Below, one piece after another: positions 46,682 through 54,987 of a stretch of 64,000 bases of DNA (position 1 is the first letter of the stretch; each line of letters begins with the position of its first letter). A program made the translations under genes and the position numbers. The stretch spans positions 93,794 through 157,793 of the forward strand of contig CAVUWD010000010.1 in NCBI GenBank assembly GCA_963745025.1, read 5' to 3'. The notes below the pieces were generated by a model. That model did no database searches and was not told the origin of the DNA. It worked only from the letters and a program-made list of their open reading frames with translations. The DNA comes from an uncultured delta proteobacterium (GTDB lineage: Bacteria > Desulfobacterota > Binatia > JACPRU01).

Positions 46682-47738
46682 ATCCCTCCGTGACGCGGAA
46701 CACCTGGATCCGCGCGTTGTACGTGTCGCAGACGTAGAGAGTGTCCTCCTTGATGAAGGCGCCCGACGGAAGCCAGAACTCGGCGAAGCCGATGCCTCTC
46801 TGGCCGAGCGTCAACAGGAACTCTCCCTTCCGGTCGAACAGCTGAACGTTGTCGAAGAGTCCGTCCACGACGTAGATGACGCCGTCTCGGTCCACGGCGA
46901 TGCCCTTCGGCATCGCCAGGTCGCCCGAGCCGTCGCCGTGACGACCGAAGGAGGCGAGCGGCTTTCCGTCCTCGTCGAAGATGCGGACGCGGAAATTGAG
47001 CGCATCGGTCACATAGAGCTCTCCCGCCGGCGATCGGAAGATGTGCGTCGGAAAATTGAGGCCGCTCTCGCCCTCTCCCCGCTCGCCGAACGAGAACGCC
47101 GGCTCGCCGGTCGTCCGGAATGCGTGGACCCGGTTCGCCAGTGTGTCGACGACGTAGACGAGCTTCCGCTGCGGGCTGTACGCGATGCCCGTCGGCCGCT
47201 GGAGCGGCTCCCCCCCGGCCTCGCGAAGGACGAAGCGCACGCCGCCGTCCGCTCCGAACGCGAACACCTTTCCGGCCGAGTCCGAGAGAAAGAGCGTCGA
47301 CTGCTCGTCGAAGACCAGTCCCACGGGCGACGTGAGAGCGTCCCGTTCGGAGCCGTACAGACGAACGTAGCGCCGCTCGGCCGGCACGTAGAGATGCACG
47401 CATCGCCGGCCCATGTCGGCGACTGCGATCCGCCCGTCGTCACCAGTCGCGACGGCGACCGGCAGCACGAAAGCATTCCGCGCCGGATCCTCCCTGCCGA
47501 AGACGATCGCGCTCGCGACCGACCTCGCGTCGGTGTCGGTGGCGAAACCGGTGAGCGACCGGACGTACGTGACCTTTGGAGGGCTCGGCGGAAACGGCCA
47601 TTGCAGCGCGCTCGGAGGCTCGGCCGTCCTCATCGCCCACTTCGACGCACAACCGGTGCCGGCTGCCATGAACGCAAGCAGCCACACGGCCGCTCGCCCC
47701 GCTCCGTTTCCGTGATCGCCGTGATTCATGCCGCTCAC
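46656..47738 (-). CDS. NHL-repeat beta-propeller protein, probable lipoprotein
   Basis: The signal/lipobox is LLAFMAAGTGCAS. Repeated units include GIAYSPQRKLVYVVDTLANRVHAF and GIAVDRDGVIYVVDGLFDNVQLFD. The GTG start overlaps the barrel gene stop (GTGA); an alternative ATG is at 47729. Confidence 0.8.
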   Translation of the reverse strand: MSGMNHGDHGNGAGRAAVWLLAFMAAGTGCASKWAMRTAEPPSALQWPFPPSPPKVTYVRSLTGFATDTDARSVASAIVFGREDPARNAFVLPVAVATGDDGRIAVADMGRRCVHLYVPAERRYVRLYGSERDALTSPVGLVFDEQSTLFLSDSAGKVFAFGADGGVRFVLREAGGEPLQRPTGIAYSPQRKLVYVVDTLANRVHAFRTTGEPAFSFGERGEGESGLNFPTHIFRSPAGELYVTDALNFRVRIFDEDGKPLASFGRHGDGSGDLAMPKGIAVDRDGVIYVVDGLFDNVQLFDRKGEFLLTLGQRGIGFAEFWLPSGAFIKEDTLYVCDTYNARIQVFRVTEGYEDRRGTS

Positions 47739-49771
47739 AGGATCCGCCGCCGCAGATGGAGATAGATGTACTGGTTCTCGCGATTGGTCCCGACCGTATT
47801 CGTGCCGCTCGTTTGCGATCCGTACGCGGTCCCGCCCAAAACCAGCTGCAGCTGTCCGGTGGTCCAGCTCAAGAACCCATCTACGCTGTACGCGTCGCCG
47901 TCGACCAGTCCGTTCACCCGGGAATACGATCCGCCGACGTTCAGCGACAGCCCCTCCAGGAAAAGCTGCTGCTGGAGGTATCCCGACGCAGTCACCGTTT
48001 CGTCCGTGAAGGCCCTTCGGTCGGTTTCCGACAGTCCCTGGCTATAATACCTGTTCACATAGGTCAGCGCAGCGTGGACGTCGGTCGTCCGGCCGATCGG
48101 GCTCACGTACTGCAGGTCCGCTCTCCATTGCCGGTAGGGGCTCACGTCCCATTCGAGGTCCTGGAATTCTCCGTCGGCGCGGAGCGGGCCGCGCTGGAGA
48201 CGGAGTCCCACCGTGTAGACCGTCGTGTCGGTGAGGTTCCCCGGAAAAGAGCCGGACGTCACGGTGGGACGGACCAGCGCGTAGCTGTAGTAAGGGGTCA
48301 CCTGGTTTTCGAAGAGCTCGACGCTGCCGTTCTGCGTGAGGGTGTTGGTGCGAATGTCGAAATTTCCGCCGAGGTTCGAATACGAGACGAGAAAATCGTA
48401 GGTCCGCGGGAGGGCGAACCTCGGCGGCAGCGTGAGCAACCGGATTTCGAAACTGTTCTGCACCGGCACGAGCGTGTAGTGGACGTTCTCGACGAGGGGA
48501 ACGAGCTCGAACGGCGGCAACGGCGACTTCAGGAAGACGTCGATGCTTGCGCGATCGACGTTCGGCTGCAGCAGCCGAAAGGATCCTGGCACGAGGACCG
48601 CCGAGTGCGGCTCGTTGATGACGCTCGCCGTGCCGCTGTTGTCGCTGGTTCCCGTTCCGAGGTTCACCCCGGCGAGCAGCCTGCCCCACGGAATCGACTT
48701 CGTATAGTTGACGTCCACCCAGTGGAAGAGCGAGGTCGTCGAGCCGCCCACCGAGTCCCACGAATTGAACTCGAAGTGGTATCCCGAGTCGACGCTCTCG
48801 TAGAGCCGGTGAACGAGGTTTGCCAGGATGTCATTGCCGTGGTTCGTCAGCCGTTGGGACTGTGGAGTCGCCAGGTCGGTGATCGTGGCGTCGTCGTCGC
48901 GGTAGCGGTAGGAAGCGTCGCCGCGGAAGTTCCACGGTAAATACGTGTTCAACAGCTCGTACACGGAAAACTGGTCGCTATTGAAATCCTGCGACGGGCG
49001 GCTCTGCTGCTGATCGAAGGACCTCTTGACCACGCTGGACGTAAGCTGCACGCTCCGCAGGTTCACGAAGTTGCCGAGCACGTATTCGTACGATGTGCCG
49101 TTGAGTCCCAGAGAGTCGCTGAACCAAGTCGGATTGAAGCCGCCGTTGAAGGACAGCTCGTTCCCCGCCGCGGTGCGCAGGAAATACTTGCCATTCACTG
49201 CGAGTTGGTTCACCTCCGAAGACGTAACGCCGTAATCGTTCGACTGGTTCACGAAGTTGGTGCCAAAAAAATACGGCTTCTTGCGGTAATGGAGCTCTAC
49301 GCCGCGCCGGTTCTCGATTTGATCGAATTGAGGCGCGGCCTGTTCGGTGAACATCGGCTCGTACCGGTCCGCGAAGACCACCATGTTGTAGAAGTGCTCG
49401 GGTAGCAGAGTGAGCCGCGTTTCGTATTCGGGGCCGGTCCTATGGCGCCAGCCGGTATCAGGCAGGAAGGACGATTGGTAATTCTCCTGTGAGAGGACCC
49501 CGCCGACGGTGAACCGATACTGCAGGAACTTGGGGTCGTACGAGTAGCCGATCGATCCGACCGAAAGCTTTTCCTTGATGAACGTGTCGGTCCATTCGAC
49601 GGTGCGTCCCGCACGGTTCCTATCGCGCTCCCACGACGTAAACACGTCGATCCAGGCGCCGTTGTCCACGGGTGTCGGCACGAACTCCCTCCAGTCGCAG
49701 AGCGCGGACGACGAGGTCAGCGCCTCGAGCAGGCACAGGCCGATCAGCCGCAGCGCGAGGTATCTACCCAA
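47735..49771 (-). CDS. large predicted outer-membrane beta-barrel protein (678 aa)
   Basis: Signal peptide MGRYLALRLIGLCLLEALTSSSA. The sequence is rich in Tyr, Gly, Asn and Ser, with alternating-hydrophobic strand patterns throughout (e.g. YTVGLRLQRGPLRADGEFQDLEWDVSPY), and ends ...YIYLHLRRRIL. It has no haem motifs. The start is a TTG. Confidence 0.65.
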   Translation of the reverse strand: MGRYLALRLIGLCLLEALTSSSALCDWREFVPTPVDNGAWIDVFTSWERDRNRAGRTVEWTDTFIKEKLSVGSIGYSYDPKFLQYRFTVGGVLSQENYQSSFLPDTGWRHRTGPEYETRLTLLPEHFYNMVVFADRYEPMFTEQAAPQFDQIENRRGVELHYRKKPYFFGTNFVNQSNDYGVTSSEVNQLAVNGKYFLRTAAGNELSFNGGFNPTWFSDSLGLNGTSYEYVLGNFVNLRSVQLTSSVVKRSFDQQQSRPSQDFNSDQFSVYELLNTYLPWNFRGDASYRYRDDDATITDLATPQSQRLTNHGNDILANLVHRLYESVDSGYHFEFNSWDSVGGSTTSLFHWVDVNYTKSIPWGRLLAGVNLGTGTSDNSGTASVINEPHSAVLVPGSFRLLQPNVDRASIDVFLKSPLPPFELVPLVENVHYTLVPVQNSFEIRLLTLPPRFALPRTYDFLVSYSNLGGNFDIRTNTLTQNGSVELFENQVTPYYSYALVRPTVTSGSFPGNLTDTTVYTVGLRLQRGPLRADGEFQDLEWDVSPYRQWRADLQYVSPIGRTTDVHAALTYVNRYYSQGLSETDRRAFTDETVTASGYLQQQLFLEGLSLNVGGSYSRVNGLVDGDAYSVDGFLSWTTGQLQLVLGGTAYGSQTSGTNTVGTNRENQYIYLHLRRRIL

Positions 49772-49777
49772 GGGCGT

Positions 49778-50914
49778 TTACCGGGGCTTCGGCGTCTTGT
49801 ATTTCTCCTGGATGAGCTCCAGCAGCTCCGCCTCGGTGGGATACGTCTTTCCCTTCTCCTTGCCGTACGCCAGGACGCTCACCGGGTGGTCGCCGACCTG
49901 GCTCGTCACCAGGACGAGATAAGCGGCCTCGAATTTCGGGTCGACGAAGGACTGGAAATACCGCAGGTTGTCATAATCGATCGCGACCTTCGCGGGGAGC
50001 AGCAGGGCGCCGGGCGCATCTTCTTCCGTCGGCGTCCCCCCGAAGAAAAGCAGCAGTTGCCCATCGGGATTGAAGACCTGGACGTTGTTGAAGGCCGCAT
50101 CGACGGCGTACACATGGCCTTCGCGGTCCACCGCGATGCCCTTCGGCCGTGTGAAGTGTCCGAGGTTGTCGCCGGGCTTTCCGATCGCCGCCTTGAAGCG
50201 GCCCTCGCGATCGAACTCGACTACCTGGAACCTGCCGATGTCCGCGACGTAGAGCATGCCTTCGGTATCGATCGCGAGGTTGGTCGGCCGGTCGAGCCGC
50301 TCCGCCGGCTCTCCCTTGTCGCCGATGGTCCTCACGGTCTCGCCGCTCTGCCGATCGAGGACGTGGACCAGACCGTTGACGATGTCGGCGACGTAGATCT
50401 CGTTCCCGAACGGAACTACGTCCACCGGTCTCCAGGGGCGGTCAGGCGTGCCGTAGGCTTTCAGGTACGCGTCGTTCGGGTCGAACACGACGACCTGGCC
50501 GCGGACCGAGTCCGCGACGTACTTGTTGCCCTCGGCGTCGATACTGATGTTGATCGGCTGGCGGAGCGCTCCGAGACCGGTCGCCCCCTTCAGCGGCTCG
50601 AACGTCTTGTGCTCGAGGTCGAAGACGACGACCGTATTGTTGGTGTCGCAGACGTAGATCTTGCCCTGGTGGATGGCGACGCCATAGGGCTTGTCCACCC
50701 GAACATCCTGCTTCTCCCCGACCACGAACCGGTTGAACACGGATTGCGTCTCGATGTCCTTCCGCCCGCGAAACGACGTCAGGTATTGAATGCGCGGAAG
50801 CTCCGGAGGCGGCGGGAAAAAGGCGATCTTCCTCTCCACGACGACGGCCGGCGCGCAACCCGCCAGGAAGGAGAGAAGCACTCCAGATGCCGTCTTCCTG
50901 AGACGATTCGTCAT
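49778..50914 (-). CDS. NHL-repeat beta-propeller lipoprotein
   Basis: The lipobox is LLSFLAGCAP. Six NHL-like blades include GVAIHQGKIYVCDTNNTVVVFD, NISIDAEGNKYVADSVRGQVVVFD and GIAVDREGHVYAVDAAFNNVQVFN. Confidence 0.85.
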   Translation of the reverse strand: MTNRLRKTASGVLLSFLAGCAPAVVVERKIAFFPPPPELPRIQYLTSFRGRKDIETQSVFNRFVVGEKQDVRVDKPYGVAIHQGKIYVCDTNNTVVVFDLEHKTFEPLKGATGLGALRQPINISIDAEGNKYVADSVRGQVVVFDPNDAYLKAYGTPDRPWRPVDVVPFGNEIYVADIVNGLVHVLDRQSGETVRTIGDKGEPAERLDRPTNLAIDTEGMLYVADIGRFQVVEFDREGRFKAAIGKPGDNLGHFTRPKGIAVDREGHVYAVDAAFNNVQVFNPDGQLLLFFGGTPTEEDAPGALLLPAKVAIDYDNLRYFQSFVDPKFEAAYLVLVTSQVGDHPVSVLAYGKEKGKTYPTEAELLELIQEKYKTPKPR

Positions 50915-51245
50915 GGCGACACGCTCCAGCCAAGCGCAGCTCCGAGACGAACCGGTCTTGGAGTGTGCTCCGTCAACTTCTCGGTGAAGTGGTGATCGTT
51001 GAAGTTCGTCGAGCGCAGCTTCACGATCCGCTCGCGAATCTCGTCTTCAAGCCGGCGCGCCGGAGCGCGTCCGGTATTGCCGTGCACCAGCGCCGCCCGC
51101 CCGCGCTCTTCCAAGGTGCGTCGCACACGCCGTACCTGCCGCTCGATCAACCACGAAGCCGCGTCATCTTCAGCCGCCGCCGCTTCAGCCGCTCCACCGC
51201 GTCGCGCCGCTTCTACTGACTCTCGCTCATCGTGTCCATCCCTTC
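50911..51245 (-). mobile_element. degenerate N-terminal (HTH) fragment of an ISNCY/IS481-like transposase; no catalytic domain
   Basis: LIERQVRRVRRTLEERGRAALVHGNTGRAPARRLEDEIRERIVKLRSTNFNDHHFTEKLTEH aligns by eye with the ...SVRQV+RL+RRY+EEGAAGLVHR.RGRPSNRRLPEE.R.....L....Y.DF....EKL.E... region of these transposases. There is an in-frame TAG and a frame break upstream (51150-51245). Its stop overlaps the NHL gene ATG. Confidence 0.55.
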
Positions 51246-51885
51246 ATTCTCGCCGAGAGGGCGGACATTTCACTGACTGCAATACAAGCGCTGCCCTCTC
51301 CGTTGCGGCTCCGCGCGGCCGGCTGCGGTGATCGAGGCGGCGCCCCTAACCTTGATCCGAAATTCCTAACCCGCTTCCCCGATCCGAAATCCGCGCGGGT
51401 CCTGTCGTCAGCGTAGCCCGCGCGGTGCTCGCTGGCGGCCCCACCGCGCCGCTCCACTGCCCCGCGACTTCGCGCCCGATTCGCTGCGCGCCGCGCGGGC
51501 GCCCACGCCGACGCCACCCGCACGAATTTCGAATCGGGGCTCATGGCCTCTACGCCGCCGCTTGCCGCGTCGCGAGCGCCAGGTCTACCACGATGCCGTC
51601 TTTTGGGGCATGGAAGGCTTCGAGAAAGAAGCTCGTGGCGGACAAGCCAGGCGCGAGCCCGCCGCGTTCAAGTCACAGAAGAATTTCGCATCGAGGCTAG
51701 GAAGAAGCTCCTCATCGCCATGGCCCGAAAGGTGATCGCGTTGGACTTCAAAGAGCTCGAGGCGATGATGGCACTCGGCATCGCCACGCTCATCGCAGCG
51801 CTCGCCGCGCGCTACTATCTGATGAAGCGCGCGGGCGCCGCCCCACGTAGCTCTCTGCTCGATTGAGGAGTCGGCCGGGGCCGCC

Positions 51886-52308
51886 ATGCCGCCGTTACGC
51901 GCCGGATCGCTCTGGCTCTACGTACATCCCGTCCTGGCATTGGTCGGCATCGGGCTACTGCTGTACGCCGCCAGCCTCGGTCTGGCCACCCGGCAGCGGC
52001 GGCGCGCCAAGGCAGCGCTTCTTCGCCGCCACGCCCGCCTCGGACCATACGCCTACGCCCTCATCGTCCTGAGCTGGGTGCTCGGGTTGGGGTCAGCTTG
52101 GTGGGGGCGCAGCGACCTCGAGTTGGCGGCGAGCGGTCATTTCAAAGCCGGCTGTTATCTCGTGCTACTGCTCAGCGCCACGGCGCTGCTGTCGCGGTGG
52201 ATGGATCGCGTGCCCGGCGGCCGAACCATCCATCCGCTCCTCGGCGCGGCGGCGGCGTTGCTGGCCGGGTTCCAAATCTTCCTCGGCCTCCAGCTCATGC
52301 CGAAGTAG
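51886..52308 (+). CDS. hypothetical 4-TM membrane protein (DUF4079-like)
   Basis: The 140-aa product has four hydrophobic helices. I recognise no catalytic motif. Confidence 0.5.
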   Translation: MPPLRAGSLWLYVHPVLALVGIGLLLYAASLGLATRQRRRAKAALLRRHARLGPYAYALIVLSWVLGLGSAWWGRSDLELAASGHFKAGCYLVLLLSATALLSRWMDRVPGGRTIHPLLGAAAALLAGFQIFLGLQLMPK

Positions 52309-52537
52309 TGGCCATTGTCGCGGCGGGCTACCCGACGGGCACGAGCCCAGCTCGTCACGAAATCAATTGCTGGAGTGCTGGAGAACCGGCGGCAATGCGA
52401 GGATGGGAGGATCAGCAGAACGGCCTTGGCCGGGCCGCCGCTCGCACCCCCCGAGAAGACGTGGGCCGGGAGCTATACAATTGCCCCACGTCGACTCGGG
52501 TCGGTGCTCATCAGCGCAAATCAGTCGATGGGAATCC

Positions 52538-52966
52538 TCACTTCTTCAACGTTCGCATGTAATTGACGACGTCCCACATCTCTGTCGGCTCCATGAGCTT
52601 CTTGCCCGCAGGCATAGGCTTCTTCCCCTCCGCGATCTTCCAGTAGAGCTCGCCGTCGCTCTGCTTGACGATCGACGGATCCGTGAGGACCTTCATCCGA
52701 TCCTTCTCTTCCTTCTTCATCTCGGCCACCTTCTTGCCGTCGCTCTGGCCGTTGGCCCCGTGACAATCCGTGCATTGGGCGTCGTACGCCTCCTTGCCGG
52801 CCGCGAGAGACTCCTCGTTCGTCGCTTGGGGGTTCTTTTTCTGAGCCTCGGCGGCGGGCGCGGTCCACTCTTTCTCCGCGGCGATGATCAGCGAAGCGCC
52901 GAAGGCGGTGGTTCCGACGATCGTCAGGATGGCCAGCCAACTCTGTTGACGAATAGATCTCACCAT
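52538..52966 (-). CDS. membrane-anchored/secreted monohaem class I cytochrome c
   Basis: N-terminal hydrophobic helix, one CTDCH motif, and the distal Met context KKPMPAG. Confidence 0.8.
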   Translation of the reverse strand: MVRSIRQQSWLAILTIVGTTAFGASLIIAAEKEWTAPAAEAQKKNPQATNEESLAAGKEAYDAQCTDCHGANGQSDGKKVAEMKKEEKDRMKVLTDPSIVKQSDGELYWKIAEGKKPMPAGKKLMEPTEMWDVVNYMRTLKK

Positions 52967-53291
52967 TTCTTCTTCCTTTCAGGTTGCCAATCGTTGGACG
53001 ATGACGCGCGAATCTCGTCTCCTCGATCGAACCGGCGGAGGACGCGCCCGCGCGAAATTGTCGCGGCCGGTCAAGTAGCCGTTCAGCGTAGACTCTTTTC
53101 TTCGCGAACCGTCTGCCACATCGCACTCCGCGCAGATGCAAGAGCCGTGCGTGATATGGGCCACTCTCGTAGCAACGATGATTGCGGCATTCAAGGTTGA
53201 GAAAACGAACGGAGCTTCTTAGATCCGGGAATTTGCGTCCTCCGATTTTCCCGAAGAGCGGAACCAAGGGGAACCTCCGCCACGTTGTTTC

Positions 53292-54067
53292 GTGTTCGGA
53301 CGCGCGAAGCTGGCGGTGGCACACCAAATGCTCGCGGGGATTGCCGTGTCGCTACGCAAGTACGGTTTCTATCTGGGTCTCGGCTTGTTCATGGGCATTT
53401 CGCTGGCGATCCTCGCTTTCGAACTCTCGGGCCGGAGGGGATCGGCGATGGAGAAGACGCCGGCCGCCATGCCGCGCACTCCCGGCGATTTCCGTTCGCT
53501 CTTCGCCTTCAACCCCTTGAAGGGCCTGGGAGAGGGTAGCGGCGACGTCCACGCCAAGATGCCGCCGTTCAGCGAAGGCACTTGGCCCTGTTCGGATTGC
53601 CACAATGGCAAGAAGCTGAAGGACAATCCGATCCGGCGCGTTCTGGTGAAAGAACACTCGGGCATCACGCTCCACCACGGTGAAGAAGATGAGAGTCTGT
53701 GGTGCCTCGATTGTCACGATTTCAAGAACCGGGATCGGCTCCGTCTGGCGGGCGGTACGCTCGTCGAATTTGAGGAGTCCGATCGCCTCTGCGGCCAATG
53801 CCACGGACGGATCCACCGCGACTGGAAAGCGGGGGTTCACGGGCAGCGCACCGGCTTCTGGAACGGCCCAAGCGCTACCTCCTGTGCCTGAACTGTCACT
53901 GGCCGCACTCGCCGCGCTTCGACGCCCTCGAGCCGCTGCCGCCGCCCGTGCGTCCCGAGCAGATCGGGCTCGGGCTCTTGCGGGCGAAGGCCGGCGGGGT
54001 CGAGCGCCCCGCCGATGCCCCAGCCGCCAGCGAAGGAGCAAAGACCGCCGAAGGAGCCAAGCAATGA
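53292..54067 (+). pseudogene. membrane-anchored tetra-haem cytochrome c (NrfB/DsrJ/CbcS-like), reading frame broken by a 1-nt indel near 53868
   Basis: The first frame gives a TM helix plus CSDCH, CLDCH, CGQCH...GVHGQRTGFWNGP and stops at 53891. The +1 frame continues KRYLLCLNCHWPHSPRFDALEPLPPPVRPEQI (fourth haem) up to the TGA at 54065-54067, which overlaps the next ATG. Possible starts are the GTG at 53292 or the ATG at 53328. Confidence 0.7.
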
Positions 54068-54966
54068 GCGAGCAGGACGGCGCGGAGGGAATCAGCCGGC
54101 GGGAGGCCCTCACTTTGGGCACGGCCACGCTCGCGGCGCTGTTCGTTTCGGCGTGCACCGGCGAGTCGATCGAGGCGTTCTTCCAGAAGCGGTTCGACGA
54201 GCTGTCTCCTGACGAGGTCAAGAGAGTGCTGGCGCGGCTCGAAGCCAGGTACACTCAGCGCTTCGGCAAGAAGGTCACGGTCGATGACACGCCGGCGGAG
54301 GAGGGCGTGGTCTTCGGGTACGGGCTGGACCTCTCCCGCTGCATCGGTTGCCGGCGCTGCGTGTACGCGTGCGTCAACGAGAACAACCAATCGCGAGACC
54401 CGCAGATCCAATGGATCCGGGTGCTCCGGCAGCAGCGCGAAAAGGGCGTCGTCATCGAAGGAGCCGAGCAGTATTACGACGCCAAGAAGGTGCCGGAAGA
54501 GGGCTTCTTCTACATCCCGGTGCAGTGTCAGCAATGTGAAAATCCCCCCTGCACCAGGGTCTGCCCCGTCGGCGCCACGTGGAAGGAAAAGGACGGAATC
54601 GTCGTCATCGACTACGACTGGTGCATCGGTTGCCGATGCTGCGTCGCCGCGTGCCCGTACGGGGCGCGTCACATGAACTGGGGCGACCCGTTCCTCCCCG
54701 CCAAAGAGCTGAACCCGAACACCCATTACCTCGGCAATCGCCCGCGCCCTCGGGGCGTCGTCGAGAAGTGCACGTTCTGCATCCAGCGCGTCCGCAAAGG
54801 ACGCTATCCGGCGTGCGTGGAGATCTGCCCGGTCGGCGCCCGCAAGTTCGGGAACCTGCTCGACCCGAAGAGCGAGATCCGATACCTGCTCGAGCACAAG
54901 CGGGTCCTCGTGTTGAAAGCCGAGCTCAAGACCGAGCCGAAGTTCTTCTACTTCTACGGGATCTGA
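54064..54966 (+). CDS. Tat-exported 4x[4Fe-4S] ferredoxin subunit (NrfC/PsrB/DsrO/CbcT-like)
   Basis: The twin-arginine signal is ISRREALTLGTATLAAL. Four Cys clusters are present: CIGCRRCVYAC, CQQCENPPCTRVCP, CIGCRCCVAACP and CTFCIQR...CVEICP. Confidence 0.9.
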   Translation: MSEQDGAEGISRREALTLGTATLAALFVSACTGESIEAFFQKRFDELSPDEVKRVLARLEARYTQRFGKKVTVDDTPAEEGVVFGYGLDLSRCIGCRRCVYACVNENNQSRDPQIQWIRVLRQQREKGVVIEGAEQYYDAKKVPEEGFFYIPVQCQQCENPPCTRVCPVGATWKEKDGIVVIDYDWCIGCRCCVAACPYGARHMNWGDPFLPAKELNPNTHYLGNRPRPRGVVEKCTFCIQRVRKGRYPACVEICPVGARKFGNLLDPKSEIRYLLEHKRVLVLKAELKTEPKFFYFYGI

Positions 54967-54987
54967 CGCGGCGATAGGGACAAAATC

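Noticed and set aside
51543-51866. The 107-aa track ORF and its possible 48-aa core, MARKVIALDFKELEAMMALGIATLIAALAARYYLMKRAG... (ATG at 51720).
   Set aside because: The N-terminal 59 residues are Arg-rich and lie in the IS-scar region. The short C-terminal peptide has one hydrophobic helix but no Shine-Dalgarno and no recognisable family, which is too weak to annotate.
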